Shown here in pieces: positions 13,286 to 25,520 of a stretch of 64,000 bases of DNA (the stretch's first letter is position 1; every line of letters starts with the position of its first letter). Source of the stretch: Octopus vulgaris (lineage: Eukaryota); NCBI GenBank assembly GCA_951406725.2, contig OX597814.1, positions 125,984,001-126,048,000 on the forward strand, in the 5' to 3' direction. A model generated the notes under the pieces. That model was not told the DNA's origin, made no database searches, and saw only the letters and a list, made by a program, of their open reading frames with translations. The translations under genes were made by a program, and so were the position numbers.

Positions 13286-13865
13286 TGCAATATAGACAGG
13301 TAAATACTGATATGCTACAACACTGAAGAACAAAGTAACACATTAAATTCAAATAAGGAATACCACTATTCAAAAATGGAAGTGGGCTGTAGTACATCAG
13401 CCAATCAGAATTGTAGGTAGCTCAGTTAGACTGACAAAGAAATCGACAGTAGAAAGTAGGAGAGTACCAGGTTATGAATAAGTAGGAAGGGGACCTAACG
13501 TAATCTAATACAACAAAGAACAAAAAAGTTTGAATGGTATCTTCTATTTTAAAATGTTGTTAAACCAAACCATTCAACATAGAATCAGACACTAGTATCA
13601 AAAATTTGTAACTGGCGCCAACCTTGATCTCAGACTCTGTCAATATTTTGAAGTATGCTGTAGATGCTATTAGTCAAAGGACAATATATTAAATCATATT
13701 GTGTAGTGTGGTTGCATATATGCCATATATAAGTATATAAGTGCCTTAATTTGCTTTCACAAAGATAACATGTAGAAAATTAAAATGAATACACTAGAGT
13801 AAATTGGGAGAGATAGCAAATTAATATATAGAGGAATTATTGTGGATTAATATGAAGAATTAAGA

Positions 13866-15487
13866 AAAACTTTGAAAAAATTCAACAGAGAAAGAGACAA
13901 AAAAACTGTGCTATATTTATAATTACAATACCAAGAATATTGAACACATTAAGAAAAGCAGATTAAGATAAAAAAAAGAAAAAAGAGGGGAAAGGTAATT
14001 GAGATAAATATGATGGGTTCAGGCATACTCAGACCTAAACACAGATTAGGCCTAGGTAAGTAGTTTTAAGTATTAATTGGCATCTAATTCTTTAAAATAT
14101 ACATACTAGCTTATATACTAAGAAAATTTAGATTACAATCTGTCAGACATTTATTTTAAAGTTATGAACAAAAATTATCATAATTTATAAGTAGAAATAG
14201 AAAAAGAATCAGAACCAATAGTTGTACTAAAAAATGTAAATTAACTAAGAAGCCTGATCTACCAAATTAAAATAATATTGACATGTTTATTATAAATTAT
14301 ATATTAAGAAAATAAATAAATCATTTAACTAATTAAATAAATTAATGTCTAAACTTAGAAGAGTGCTAGGTATGAATTTATATGATTTATATTATTACTA
14401 GGGGGAAATCATACAAATATGAAGTAGATATTTAATTTGAATCTATTTAATTTATTTTTTTTATTTAATTTTACCAATCTATTTGATATCATTCGAATGA
14501 TAAATAATTATAAACTAAGATTGTTTAAATTCAAATTTAAATCAATGAAATTAGAGCAAGTATGTTTGTAATACACCAAGAATCCTGTTATAGGATGCAT
14601 TTAAAGTGTTGAAAAATAGATTTCAAACAATTCCATGTGACAGAGATTGCAACCCATATCTATTGCTGACATAGGACTTTGCATATCTAGCTATGCTCCA
14701 TGATAAATTAAACTCTGTATTATTTCCTTTCAATTTCCAGATTTTTGTGGCAAGAGAAGTTGATTTTGCTTTACTTCTGGTTATGTAATCTTCATTTGTT
14801 ATCAATCGTCCCCTATGTATCTGAAAGACCATTGATCAATTTTTACAGTACACCTATACATGATCTTTATAGTCAAGTATTTATTGTTGCACAGTTTAGT
14901 TAAACCTAGGGAGAGGAACAACTTGGAGTACACAATTGACTGTATTATTCTGTCTTCTGTTGTTTTGAGTTGCTATAAGTGTTGGTATCTCTATCATTAT
15001 TTGTTTTACCATTATTACTATTATAAACATCTCTTAGATCCTCATCGGTGTTAAATTGATTATGACTGCTATTATAATTCAAATTATTCCTACAATAATT
15101 ACTCTTTATACTATGATTACTGTCATTATCAACATTACCCTTCTTCTTCTTCTTCTTTTTCTTCTTCTTTTGCTTCTTTTAAAGTTCATAACTTTAAAAT
15201 AAATGTCTGACAGATTGTAATCTAAATTTTCTTAGTATATAAGCTAGTATGTATATTTTAAAGAATTAGATGCCAATTAATACTTAAAACTACTTACCTA
15301 GGCCTAATCTGTGTTTAGGTTTGAGTATGCCTGAACCCATCATATTTATCTCAATTACCTTTCCCCTCTTTTTTCTTTTTTTTATCTTAATCTGCTTTTC
15401 TTAATGTGTTCAATATTCTTGGTATTGTAATTATAAATATAGCACAGTTTTTTTGTCTCTTTCTCTGTTGAATTTTTTCAAAGTTTT
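13866..15487. repeat. 304-bp near-perfect inverted repeat, arms 13866-14169 and 15184-15487, spacer about 1 kb
   Basis: Read on both arms; I found one mismatch (ctcagacct vs ctcaaacct). Confidence 0.95.
14600..14900 (-). pseudogene. GIY-YIG endonuclease fragment of a Penelope-like element (frameshifted)
   Basis: Minus-strand frames give KYLTIKIMYRCTVKIDQWSFRYIG (IMY at 14856-14864, YIG at 14811-14819), then KSTSLATKIWKLKGNNTEFNLSWSIARYAKSY, then CNLCHMELFEI. This is the PLE endonuclease pattern IxY..YIG..STxLxxxIWxLK..W..CxLC. Confidence 0.85.
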
Positions 15488-15914
15488 CTTCTTCTTCTTC
15501 TTCCTCCTCTCATCATCATCATTATTACCAAATTTTTTATAGAGGGATTGTTAGGGAACTCAGTATAAGTCATAACAGTCTTACGCAAAATATCAAACCT
15601 TACTCTCCTACTGGTAGAGTGGATGTGGATTTCACATTTGTTTGAATCAGTACTGCATTTATTAGGGGAATGTTTACTTATCTTATTATGGTTAATAGCA
15701 GCAATATTATCTGCTAAATTGGTTGTGGTAGAGAAAAAAATGGTGTAATAATACTTTTATTAAATATTTTACTGTATTTATTAGGAGGGAAGTGGTGTTC
15801 TCATGCACTACAAAAGCTCCTAGCTAATTGCATAATTACATTTATTGCACTGGGAGGGTTATACCACATGTCATTTTTATGTAACAGATGCTTACCAAGA
15901 AAAAAAAGTTGTGA

Positions 15915-16129
15915 GCTGGTAGAATTGTTAATATGCCAGAAAAAATTGTTTATTGTCATTTTGATTCTCTTTATATTCAGTGTTCAAATTCTGGTGAGGT
16001 CAGATTCATCTTTTATCTTTTGGGGATTGCTGAGATAAGTACCAAGTGAGCTCTGGGACTGATGTAACTAACTAGCCTTCTGCCCCCTGCCCCCAAATTT
16101 CAGGTCTTGTTCTTGTGCATATAATAGAA

Positions 16130-16197
<68 letters not shown>
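15915..16197 (+). mobile_element. tRNA-derived SINE with (ATT)n tail
   Basis: Head gagctggtagaattgtta, B-box-like gttcaaattc, body gataagtaccaagtgagctctggg, tail tagaa(att)n. Related copies at 7985, 40700 and 50125. Confidence 0.7.
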
Positions 16198-16304
16198 TAC
16201 AATACTGATACTTACTACTGTGACTGATATTTTTATTTATATTTCCATATTTTGGGCTAATGTTATGCTTATTACAAGTATCTTTATTACAACTACCATT
16301 ATAA

Positions 16305-17015
16305 TGATTATTATTATTTTCATATACACACAACAGATTAGACTGATGGAAAAGAAAATAATCCCAACATAGGCTACAACAAGTAATCTTAGATGCCAGG
16401 AACTCTGCTAAGATTGTAGCTGTCTCTAATAACATTGTTTTCTGGAGCTGTACTAAACTGGGTTTTATGCCTATTTCCTTTATTCCTCTGTTCAGATCTT
16501 TAGGGATAGTTCCCAATGCACCCATAACTACTGAGATACATTTTACCCTCACTTTCCATAGTCTCTGTAATTCAATGACTAGGTCCTGGTACTTTGCAAT
16601 TTTTTCTATATCTCTCATATTGAATTTTTCATCATTTGAGACTGTAAAGTCAATTATCTGGCACTTTCTATTCTTTTTATCTATTACTACCAAATCAGGC
16701 CTTCTAGCCTCTAGTACTCTGTCAGTCTGAATGTTAAAGTCCCACAACATCTTGTATTTCTTACTTTCTAATACTTTACTGGGTGCATGCTCATACCATT
16801 TATTAGTATGTTCAAATCCTAGCTTTCTACTAAATCCCAGTGGAGTACTCTCCCTAGGTTGTCATATCTTTTCTTGTATTCTTTCTTTTCCTTGTGCGCT
16901 ACATTCACTTACTATATGAATAATGCTTTCCTCTTTTGATTTGCATAACCTACATTGGGAATCTAGTTCAGACTTTTTTACTATTAAATTCATTACACTT
17001 CTTGAGAACAGTGCC
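16305..17015 (-). mobile_element. R4/Dong-clade non-LTR retrotransposon, 5'-truncated, ending in (AAT)n
   Basis: Contains a CCHC knuckle and restriction-like endonuclease (next feature), a short 3'UTR, then aataataat repeats. Confidence 0.85.
16390..16956 (-). pseudogene. CCHC zinc knuckle plus restriction-like (PD-D/ExK) endonuclease of an R4/Dong-type LINE
   Basis: CRLCKSKEESIIHIVSEC...YKKRYDNLGRVLHWD...WYEHAPSKVLE.. LWDFNIQTDRVLEARRPDLVVIDKKNRKCQIIDF...KIAKYQDLVIELQRLW...VVMGALG. Frameshifts lie upstream of ORF 16100..16750. Confidence 0.9.
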
Positions 17016-17384
17016 TTACATAATTTAAATTTTTATCTCTGACTTGTGGAAGGGTAAGATTAACCTAGATTTGAGTTCTAAAATAACATCTAGTAAGTTT
17101 GCTACCTTGAAGTTATTGTCCATTGAGATGCTCCTAAACAGTTTATTTTCTTCCTGATCATTTCAATGTCAGCTTTACTAGTGCTAGGAATAACAAACAA
17201 ATGTCATCACAATACAAACCTTCTGAGAGATCTGGGAAGTTTTCAGGTAAGCACTGACAAGATCAGTGACTTGGGCAGAGTCACTGTATCTCATGGTAAT
17301 ATTGAAATTACTGGTTCAGTTCTTTCTAGTCCAAAGTTTCCTATCAAATACAATAACTTAGCCTCTAGTATGTAGAATGATACC

Positions 17385-17606
17385 AATATTGCTACATATT
17401 AGAGAAGAATTTTCATTGTGAAAATTAATGACTTATTAGTAATATGGGGGGATATACAGGAGTGTATGTACATATATTTTTTATGTGTTTGTATACACAT
17501 ATTAATCTAGCCTCCTATGCGCATATATTCCAGTATATTGCCTGTATTACTGAATAAGTATTTAATATTCACAATGAAAAATTCTTCTCTAACACACAGT
17601 AATATT
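17385..17606. repeat. Diverged foldback element (MITE-like), arms about 90 bp
   Basis: aatattgctacatattagagaagaattttcattgtgaaaattaatgacttatt is the reverse complement, with mismatches, of aataagtatttaatattcacaatgaaaaattcttctctaacacacagtaatatt. Confidence 0.8.
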
Positions 17607-17626
17607 ACATATACAGCAAGTTTGTC

Positions 17627-18004
17627 CTACTATAGCCGCGGACCAACCAAAGCCTTGTGAGTGGATTTGATAGAAACTGAAAGAAGCCCGTTATATATAT
17701 ATATATAATAATATTAGGGAATAAATCCAAACTTACAGGGAAAAATTAGATTTAGGATTAAATCCAATTTTATAGTATAAATATATTATTTTATATTATA
17801 TTAAATTAGAGATAAAACCACTATTAGGCAAATCAAACACTGAAAAACATAAGCCAATACATAAAATATAAAAGTTAAAAATATTTTAAAATTAATTTTA
17901 TGTATTGGCTTATGTTTTTCACTGTTTGATTTGCCTAATAGTGGTTTTATCTCTAATTTAATATAATATAATATATATATACATAAATATGTATACATAC
18001 ATAT

Positions 18005-18064
<60 letters not shown>

Positions 18065-18276
18065 TTGTGTGTCTGTGTTTGTCTCCCTCCCACCACCGCT
18101 TGACAACCGATGTTGGTGTGTTTATGTCTCTGTAACTTTGCAGTTCAGCAAAAGAGACCAATAGCATAAGTACTTGGCTTACAAAGAATAAGTCCTTGAG
18201 TTGATTTGTTCGACAAAAGGCAGTGTTCCAGCATGGTCACAGTCAGATGACTGAAACAAGTAAAAGAATAAAAGAA
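17627..18276 (+). mobile_element. tRNA/CORE-type SINE (head missing), interrupted in its internal (TA)n by a hairpin-forming insertion
   Basis: 17627-17692 and 18061-18276 match consecutive parts of 46578-46974. Confidence 0.85.
17791..17971. repeat. 77-bp inverted repeat, 27-nt spacer, one mismatch
   Basis: Arms 17791-17867 and 17895-17971 read directly. Confidence 0.95.
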
Positions 18277-18289
18277 ATACATATGCGTA

Positions 18290-18391
18290 CACATGTATGT
18301 ATATATATATGTATATATGTATATATATATATGTATATATATATATATGTATATATATGTATATATATATGTATATATATGTATATATATG

Positions 18392-18422
<31 letters not shown>

Positions 18423-18471
18423 GTATATATATATATATGCCTACACATACACATATATATATGTGTGTGTA

Positions 18472-18521
<50 letters not shown>

Positions 18522-18554
18522 TATATACATATAGATGCATACACACATGTAGAT

Positions 18555-18607
<53 letters not shown>

Positions 18608-18695
18608 CATATAGATGCATACACACATGTAGATACACATATATATATGTTTATATATATATAGAGAGAGATATATATATGTGCGCGTGTGTGTG
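18290..18695. repeat. Compound (TA)n/(TATG)n microsatellite with an internal duplication of about 80 bp
   Basis: atatagatgcatacacacatgtagatacaca occurs at about 18529 and 18609. Confidence 0.9.
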
Positions 18696-19578
18696 TATCA
18701 ATGTTCTCTGAGTTTTATTTTTCTTCTTTGCAGAATCCAACTCACTCACTAACAAAGTGAGAAGTCTCTTTTGCTTGAGTCAAGATACATTTTGAGATTT
18801 GTGACTGAGTTAATGTGCGAATAAATTTGCACTCATGTAATCAGTGTGCATGCCACCTTTAGTACATGTGCATGTGCTATATGCACTGTGTTTGTGTGCA
18901 TATCTTCATTCCAGGAAACTCAAATAGAGAATCCCTGAAATGTAATTTTTATATGTAGATTTTATACATGGAATTTGTTAAAACTTATCAACTGAGATCT
19001 GTGATTATATCACTCTTGGTGTAATGAATTTCACATGTTACTCTCCATACATATGTAAATATATTCATATTTTCAGATTCATGTTTACACATTACGCTGA
19101 ATACTAGATTACAATGTATCTTGAGAAGTATGTATTCTTTGCTTCATATTTACTAATGCACATAAGCATACATGCACACAAGCATACATGCACACACACA
19201 TGTAAATACTGCAAATACACACTACATGTTGTATATTGTAATCAGAATCAATCATTAAATTTTTAAATCAGAAATAATATTATCATCATCATCATTATAT
19301 TTAATATATTTACATGTAGATGCTAGGATATACCAACTGGAGAAAAAATACTTAAGAAGCGCATGTAACAAGGTTATTTGAATAGCAGCTAAGTTTTGTG
19401 TGCGTGTGTGTGTGTTTGTATTTGTGTCTGTGTGTGTGTGTATGTGTGTGCATGATAGTTGTGTTAGTTAAGCAGTTCACTTTGCAATCATTGGGTAAGT
19501 TATCTCAGCTATAGCCTCAGGCTGACTAATTCCTTGTAAGTAAAATTCAGTAAAGAGAAACTGTTGGAAACCCCATCT

Positions 19579-19635
<57 letters not shown>

Positions 19636-19877
19636 CAAATCTGACTGATAATTTGGTGTGTCAAACAATAAAACCTTATAGTACTTAGTCTACCAAATTA
19701 CATCTCTTGAGTAAACTTCACAATTTTATAAATAAAGTCTGCTGAAATAAGCAATGAAATAAGTTCCAGACCATTGTAATGGGTTGATATAATTGATGAA
19801 GGTGATACCCTAGCATGTCTGTTGCAGGCAGTGAATAAAAGAATAAAAGAAGAATAAAAATAAAAGGAAAGTAAAAC

Positions 19878-19878
19878 T

Positions 19879-19920
<42 letters not shown>

Positions 19921-20244
19921 ATATATACACATACATACATATATATATATATATAAACATATATACACATATATACATACATACATATATATAAACATAT
20001 ATACACATATATACATACATACATATATATAAACATATATACATATACATATATACATACATACATATATATAAACATATATACATATACATACATACAT
20101 ACATATATATATATATATAAACATATATACACATATATACACATATATACATACATATATAAACATATATACACATATATACATACATATATAAACATAT
20201 ATACACATATATACATACATATATATATATATATATACACATAT

Positions 20245-20287
<43 letters not shown>

Positions 20288-20333
20288 TACACTTATATAC
20301 ATACATATATATACACACACATATATTCATATA

Positions 20334-20370
<37 letters not shown>
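19878..20370. repeat. Higher-order TA/CA microsatellite (units such as ataaacatatatacacatatatacatac)
   Basis: Direct reading; source of the overlapping YI/CV-rich ORFs. Confidence 0.9.
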
Positions 20371-20372
<2 letters not shown>

Positions 20373-21014
20373 TTTACCGATTACTGATTTAAAGTTTATT
20401 CTTGTGACTGCTCACATAACTGTTCACAGTAATTAATGTGAAGCATCACAAAATAAAAAATATATTGAGCTGAAGGTTTTTTTGGGGGTTTTTTTTGTTC
20501 CAGTGATCAGACATAATTGTGTATGTGTGTGTGTGTGTGTGTGTACATACTCATGTGTTCATATTTGTATACAGATATATGAGACAGACAGGGGGAAACA
20601 CATAAACTATTCTATATATGAGATTTGTTGTGGAAGTCGTAATTTATCCACTCTGATAATTTCACTTTGCAGCTTGACTAGAAATGTAGAACTACGTTGT
20701 AGTATGGAGTCTGCTGTACTGCAACAAGAGTGATGATCTTGCCAAGAAAGACACCACTTATATGTAGTGTATTGGATTTATATATAATGTAATGTTGTTG
20801 TGATACAGTAAATACATTTGAGATTAGAATCTATACAGATGAAATAAATGTGTCAGATGTCTTCAAAGGATTGGAAGGATAATTAAAAATAGGAAAACAT
20901 CACAATTTGATTGATATTGGAATAAGTTCAAAAGCAGACCTTGATGAACTTTCACCAAGTATTTCGAGTTAATCTTGTAGGACTGGAATTAGTAAGAGGC
21001 ATAAAAAAAAAATG

Positions 21015-21038
21015 GTAATAATAATAATAATGATGATG

Positions 21039-21097
<59 letters not shown>
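21015..21097. repeat. (AAT)n microsatellite
   Basis: Direct reading. Confidence 0.95.
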
Positions 21098-21099
<2 letters not shown>

Positions 21100-22971
21100 A
21101 GGAAGTAAAAAGAACAAATCCGTTGCAACAAGCAAACAGTAAAATACACTAAAACACCTAAAGAAAACAAGCCAAAAGCAGATATGAATCCTGTCTTAAT
21201 ATTTTATTTCTGAAAAAGAAATATTTTGTCCATGCAGTGTTTTGATTGAAAGCCATTACAAAGTAGACTAATTACTCTTTTACCAATTCCATCAGCATAT
21301 TAAATTGAGCTAATGTAAAATAAAACATGTCTCATCATTAGAGGTTAGGAATATGGTGGGGTTAATGATATGTATCTTTGTCTGATTTCAAATCAACCAT
21401 TGTAAAATGGAGAGAGAGAGAGAAATGACCAAGTAAATCAGGACTGGGAGAAAATGGAAAATATTTTTTTTGCTCTTTTGTTTTGTTGTATTTTTTTTCT
21501 GTGTTTGTTAGTTTTTGAATAAAACCTCATCCATGACTTCTTTTGTTTATGCTTGAATTGTCTGATCAGAAATTGAAGACCTTTGTTATGTTCAGCTGAA
21601 TTGTCAGGTAATCCTGCTCCATTTGGCACACTCTGACAGGTTTCCTCTCTCTCTATCTAACTCCCTAGCTCTCTGTGTCATATGTCTTTCTTCTCTCTCT
21701 CTCTCTCTCTAACTCACAATATCATGTCTTCTTTCTCTAACCCTCTAACTCCTTAACTCCTTTGTCCTTCTTGTCTCCTTCCCTTCCTCCCTATCTTTTT
21801 CTTTCTCTCTCTCTCTAGACCTGTAGCTCTCGCTTATTTGTCCTTATAACTCTCTCTCTCTCTCTCTCTCTCTCAATCTGTAGCTCTCTTTCTAACTCAC
21901 TCTCTGTCACCTCTATTTTTCTCTACTCCCACTTTCTCCCCCTCTCCTCTTCTCTATCCTCTGTTCTCCCCCTTCTCTCCCTCACTCACTCTCTGATATG
22001 GTGCTCTTTATCATATTATATGCAATGCCCATAACTTTCAGGGTATTAGTCACATTCAAATTCAGTTTCCTCTGTCTCCCAACCTCATTTTCTCTCTCTT
22101 TTGTCATTCTCTTTATTCTCTCTCTCTATTTTGGTTCTTTCTCTGTGTTCTCTCACCAATTCACTTTCAAAACTTTTATTTTTCTTATCTGATTCCTGTC
22201 TAATTTTCTCCTATCTGCCCTCTCTAAATGCCTTAATCATCCTCACTATTTACTAAAACAAACTCCTTTAATTTTACATAACCTTCATTCGTTAATCCTT
22301 CTAGTTATCATTTCCCTTCTCCCACTAGCCTATCACTCCAGTTACAATTTTTGTGATAATATTTTATAATGTACATGGATATTGAGAATATCAAACATTC
22401 AGTTTCAGATAAAAAAGTGTAATAGCCCCACTGCCAAGACTTAAACAATGTATCTATGGTTTGTCAAGTAATAATATTATTTATTATACTGCAGTCCATC
22501 TTAATTTTGGTGTTGTGGAGGATATTGTTCTGCTACTTTAACCCCACTGTCTTCTTTCCCCATTATAATTTATCGCCCTTTTAGGGCTAGCAGGATACAT
22601 TAATTGCCAAATAGATATGTAGTTTGAATACTATTACTAAGGATTATTGCTCTTTTCTACTGAAAATTACACTGCTTTTCTATCTTGTATATTTTATGTC
22701 ACATTTGATGAACAATAGCATTGTTCATTAAACAGATTTTGGTGGGCTGATCAGTGGGTCACAACATTTACAATAACAAGTGTGACAAGGAAATGCCTGT
22801 GCATCCCAGGTGGAGAAATATCACAGGATATTTTTGTTTAAAAGTACAAGTTTTTTAGGCAACTGTTGTTTGCATCTTTAGCTGATATACTTTAGTACAA
22901 GATATACTCATACATGTATGTACATATATATGTGTATATATCTATATGTATCTCTCTCTATATATATATAA

Positions 22972-23168
22972 TCATCATCATCATTTAACATGCACTATCC
23001 ATTCTGGCATAAGTGGGATAGTTTAACAAGAGTTGGCCAGGCACTAGCCTCAGGTGAGGTCAGTTTTGGCAAGGTTTTTACAGCTGGATGCCCTTCCAAA
23101 TGCCAACCACTTTACAGTGTGGACTGGGTGCTTGTAAGTGGTATCTGCACTGACAGTGCTTGCAAGAC
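22972..23168 (-). mobile_element. (GAT)n-tailed SINE-like element, 3' fragment
   Basis: atcatcatcatttaacatgc...tttttacagctggatgcccttccaaatgccaaccactttacagtgtgg family signature. Confidence 0.75.
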
Positions 23169-23224
23169 AATATATACATATATATATATGAGAATTAAAG
23201 GTAATCACAAGTTTATATTTACAG

Positions 23225-23280
23225 TTCCTATGTGCATTTCACCATAATTGCTTGGATTCCCACAGCAGATCATCAGAGAA
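23225..23280 (-). ncRNA. Minimal type-I hammerhead ribozyme motif with intact core
   Basis: Minus strand: UUCU-CUGAUGA-U-[CUGCUGUGGGAAUCCAAGCAAUUAUGG]-U-GAAA-UGCACA-UA-GGAA. Stem I is 4 bp. UGCACA is what CpG decay of a palindromic CGCGCG would give. Sits next to (TA)n. Confidence 0.55.
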
Positions 23281-25059
23281 ATGTTATTGCATTAATTTAT
23301 AGGTAACTATGTGTATGCACACCCACACACATGCACACAGAACAGTATTCTGTACAGTTTCTGTGTAAAAAAATTTCACTTGCCAAAATTGCTGTGCAGT
23401 GAGATTGATCTCAGAATGATGTGTTTGCAACTAGAACTTCTTAACCACACAGCTACACCTGCTTCCATACCTGCTTACAATATATAATAATCTTAATAGT
23501 AAATGTCATAATTTACATATTGATATTCTGAAATAGTTCTAGAATAAACCAGTTTCTATTGTCAGAATGATATAAATATAATACCACAGTTTGGAGTTAA
23601 TTGCATCTCTAACATCTTATATTCTTCAATGTTTTTGTGTTTTTTTGTTTTGTTTTTTTTTCTCTGAGATTATTATTCCTTGTTTATTGTTCAGCACTGT
23701 CTTTTTCTTTTTTAGCCATTTCCTCCATACTCTATAACATTAAAGATCTGACACCATTTACGTAGCTCTAAGTGTGATTGCCAATGTTATTGTTGTTGCA
23801 GTTGTAACTGTTGTGATTGTTGTTATTGTGATTATTGCAATTGTTGTTGATGTTGTTGTTTTTAGTGTAGTCTAAATAGATACAGGAAATCCAGTTAAAG
23901 CATTAAATTAATCTTAGTGTCGTAACACTAAGACAAATTAAATTGCGTGTGAAGGAGGTAAAATGTCTCGCTCAATAAACTTTCCTTATGGAGGTGATTC
24001 TACTATTTATTTGTGATATATAGATGCCTCTTAACTGGTTCTGTCTTCATAATAGACTCAAGAGACTGTTGACCAAAACAATAATACTTCGATGGTCTCT
24101 ATCAATGAAGTTTATTGCCTCAACTACTTTACTTATACATCCGGACATTCACTATACAGCTGCCTATGAAATCAGGATGTGTGTGTATGTGTGTATATAT
24201 ATATGTATGGATGCGTGTGTGTACATGTATGCATGTTTAAGCATATATGTATACATATCTATCTATATATATATATATACATATATATCTATATATGTAT
24301 ATATATCTATCTATATGTATACATATATGTATACATATCTATCTCTGCTTCTGTGTACATATGTTTATTGAGAAAGAGAGAGAGAGAGAGGCAGAGAAAC
24401 ATGTGTGCATACATCTTTTACTGGCTTCATTAATTGAACTATGGCCATTCTAGGGCATCACCTTCAATGGCTTTTAACTGATTATATGAACCCCATATTT
24501 TGTCTAGAACTAACTCCAGCCTTCTCATTAGACACAAAATGCAAAGTGGACATTGGCTTAATGGAAGAGCCTGAATACCATAGGGTATATAAATAAAACT
24601 GTGTATATACATATGAGAAATGTTTCCCTATCCACTGACACATATAACTCTACACATAGATGTTCCTGTTGTTCCCTGTATATGTATAGGTATATATGTT
24701 TATTGTGTAAGTATATCTGTATATTGTTTATGTTTGTATCCGTACCACATGGAGCACCCTGCAATACAACAGATGGTTTTTGATCAAACGATAGAGAAAT
24801 AATTTATAACAATAAAGTCCCCTGAATTATAAGAGCTTCTTTTTGGTCATAAAAATATGGCAATCAATATATCTAATATAGACATTTTGAAACTTCTAGT
24901 ATTCCTCGACCCACTAAGATTTTCTGAATATTTTCTTAATATGTAACTAACATTGAGTACTTAATATTTTTGTTCATACTAACAACACCACATATCAATC
25001 TGTCTATCTTCTCCACCCACTATTTCTTAGAAGGTCTTCACACACCTTCTCCATCATGT

Positions 25060-25520
25060 TCTCTTGAAAGCAACCCTTTCCAGCTGGATTCTCAAGCATG
25101 ACCAATTGAGACTATGAATTTTATCCTACCATCTTGTTCTTGATCTTCCCCTAGGTTTACTGCCTGTTGCTTAAGTTTGAAGAATCTGTCTTGTGATTCT
25201 TTTCTGTGACATTCTAATCCCATCTCTGTAGTACTGTTAGTGTGAGGTCTCAGTGCAGAGAAGTAGCAGCTCAGCCAGAAGAGACTCCCTGATCTCTGAG
25301 CTACACATTCTATCAAGTAACATTACTCTCGAGATCCTGCAGAAAACCCCCATTTCAACCACTTGTATTCACACTCATACATTTTTGGTCATTACCTAAC
25401 ATCCATGACTATAGGTGAGAATAGGCACAGAAACCAAACTGCAGATAGCAAGTTGGTTTTTTTTTAACCCTCTCCTCGCCTGAGGATTAAACATCAGAGG
25501 TGGTGCATTTCTGTACCAAC
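25060..25520 (-). mobile_element. RTE-clade (Expander/Rex3-like) LINE 3' fragment, decayed
   Basis: Minus translation VPILTYSHGC*VMTKNV*V*IQVVEMGF...LLDRMCSSEIRESLLAELLLL...GSKPRGRSRTRW matches the RTE pattern VPxLTYGHExWVMT..RIQAAEMxFL..DRVRSSxIRE..RPRGRPRTRW. Confidence 0.8.

Larger units (their letters stand above)
13100..15487 (-). mobile_element. Penelope-like retroelement remnant: GIY-YIG fragment, long 3' region with hammerhead motif, inverted duplication at 5' end
   Basis: GIY-YIG peptide at 14600-14900, 304-bp inverted repeat (13866-14169 / 15184-15487) and hammerhead motif at 13157-13285. The left boundary is approximate. Confidence 0.8.

Noticed and set aside
17236-17252. Second AG|GTAAG motif (ttttcag|gtaagc); similar ones at about 11757 and on the minus strand at about 42560
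   Set aside because: Short or absent pyrimidine tract, no clear branch point or downstream donor; expected by chance.
18712-18762. Possible 23-nt microexon (tttgcag|...aaa|gtgaga)
   Set aside because: Good acceptor but modest donor. Joining it to the 35-nt candidate in its open frame gives a stop. Insufficient support.
18179-20330. Long overlapping ORFs rich in Y/I/C/V/M (also at 5496, 10340, 24024, 41254, 51212, 54405 and others)
   Set aside because: They are translations of TA/CA/CT microsatellites, which lack stop codons.
23912-23933. 9-bp stem tetraloop tcttagtgt-cgta-acactaaga
   Set aside because: Too short to be significant in 64 kb of AT-rich DNA.
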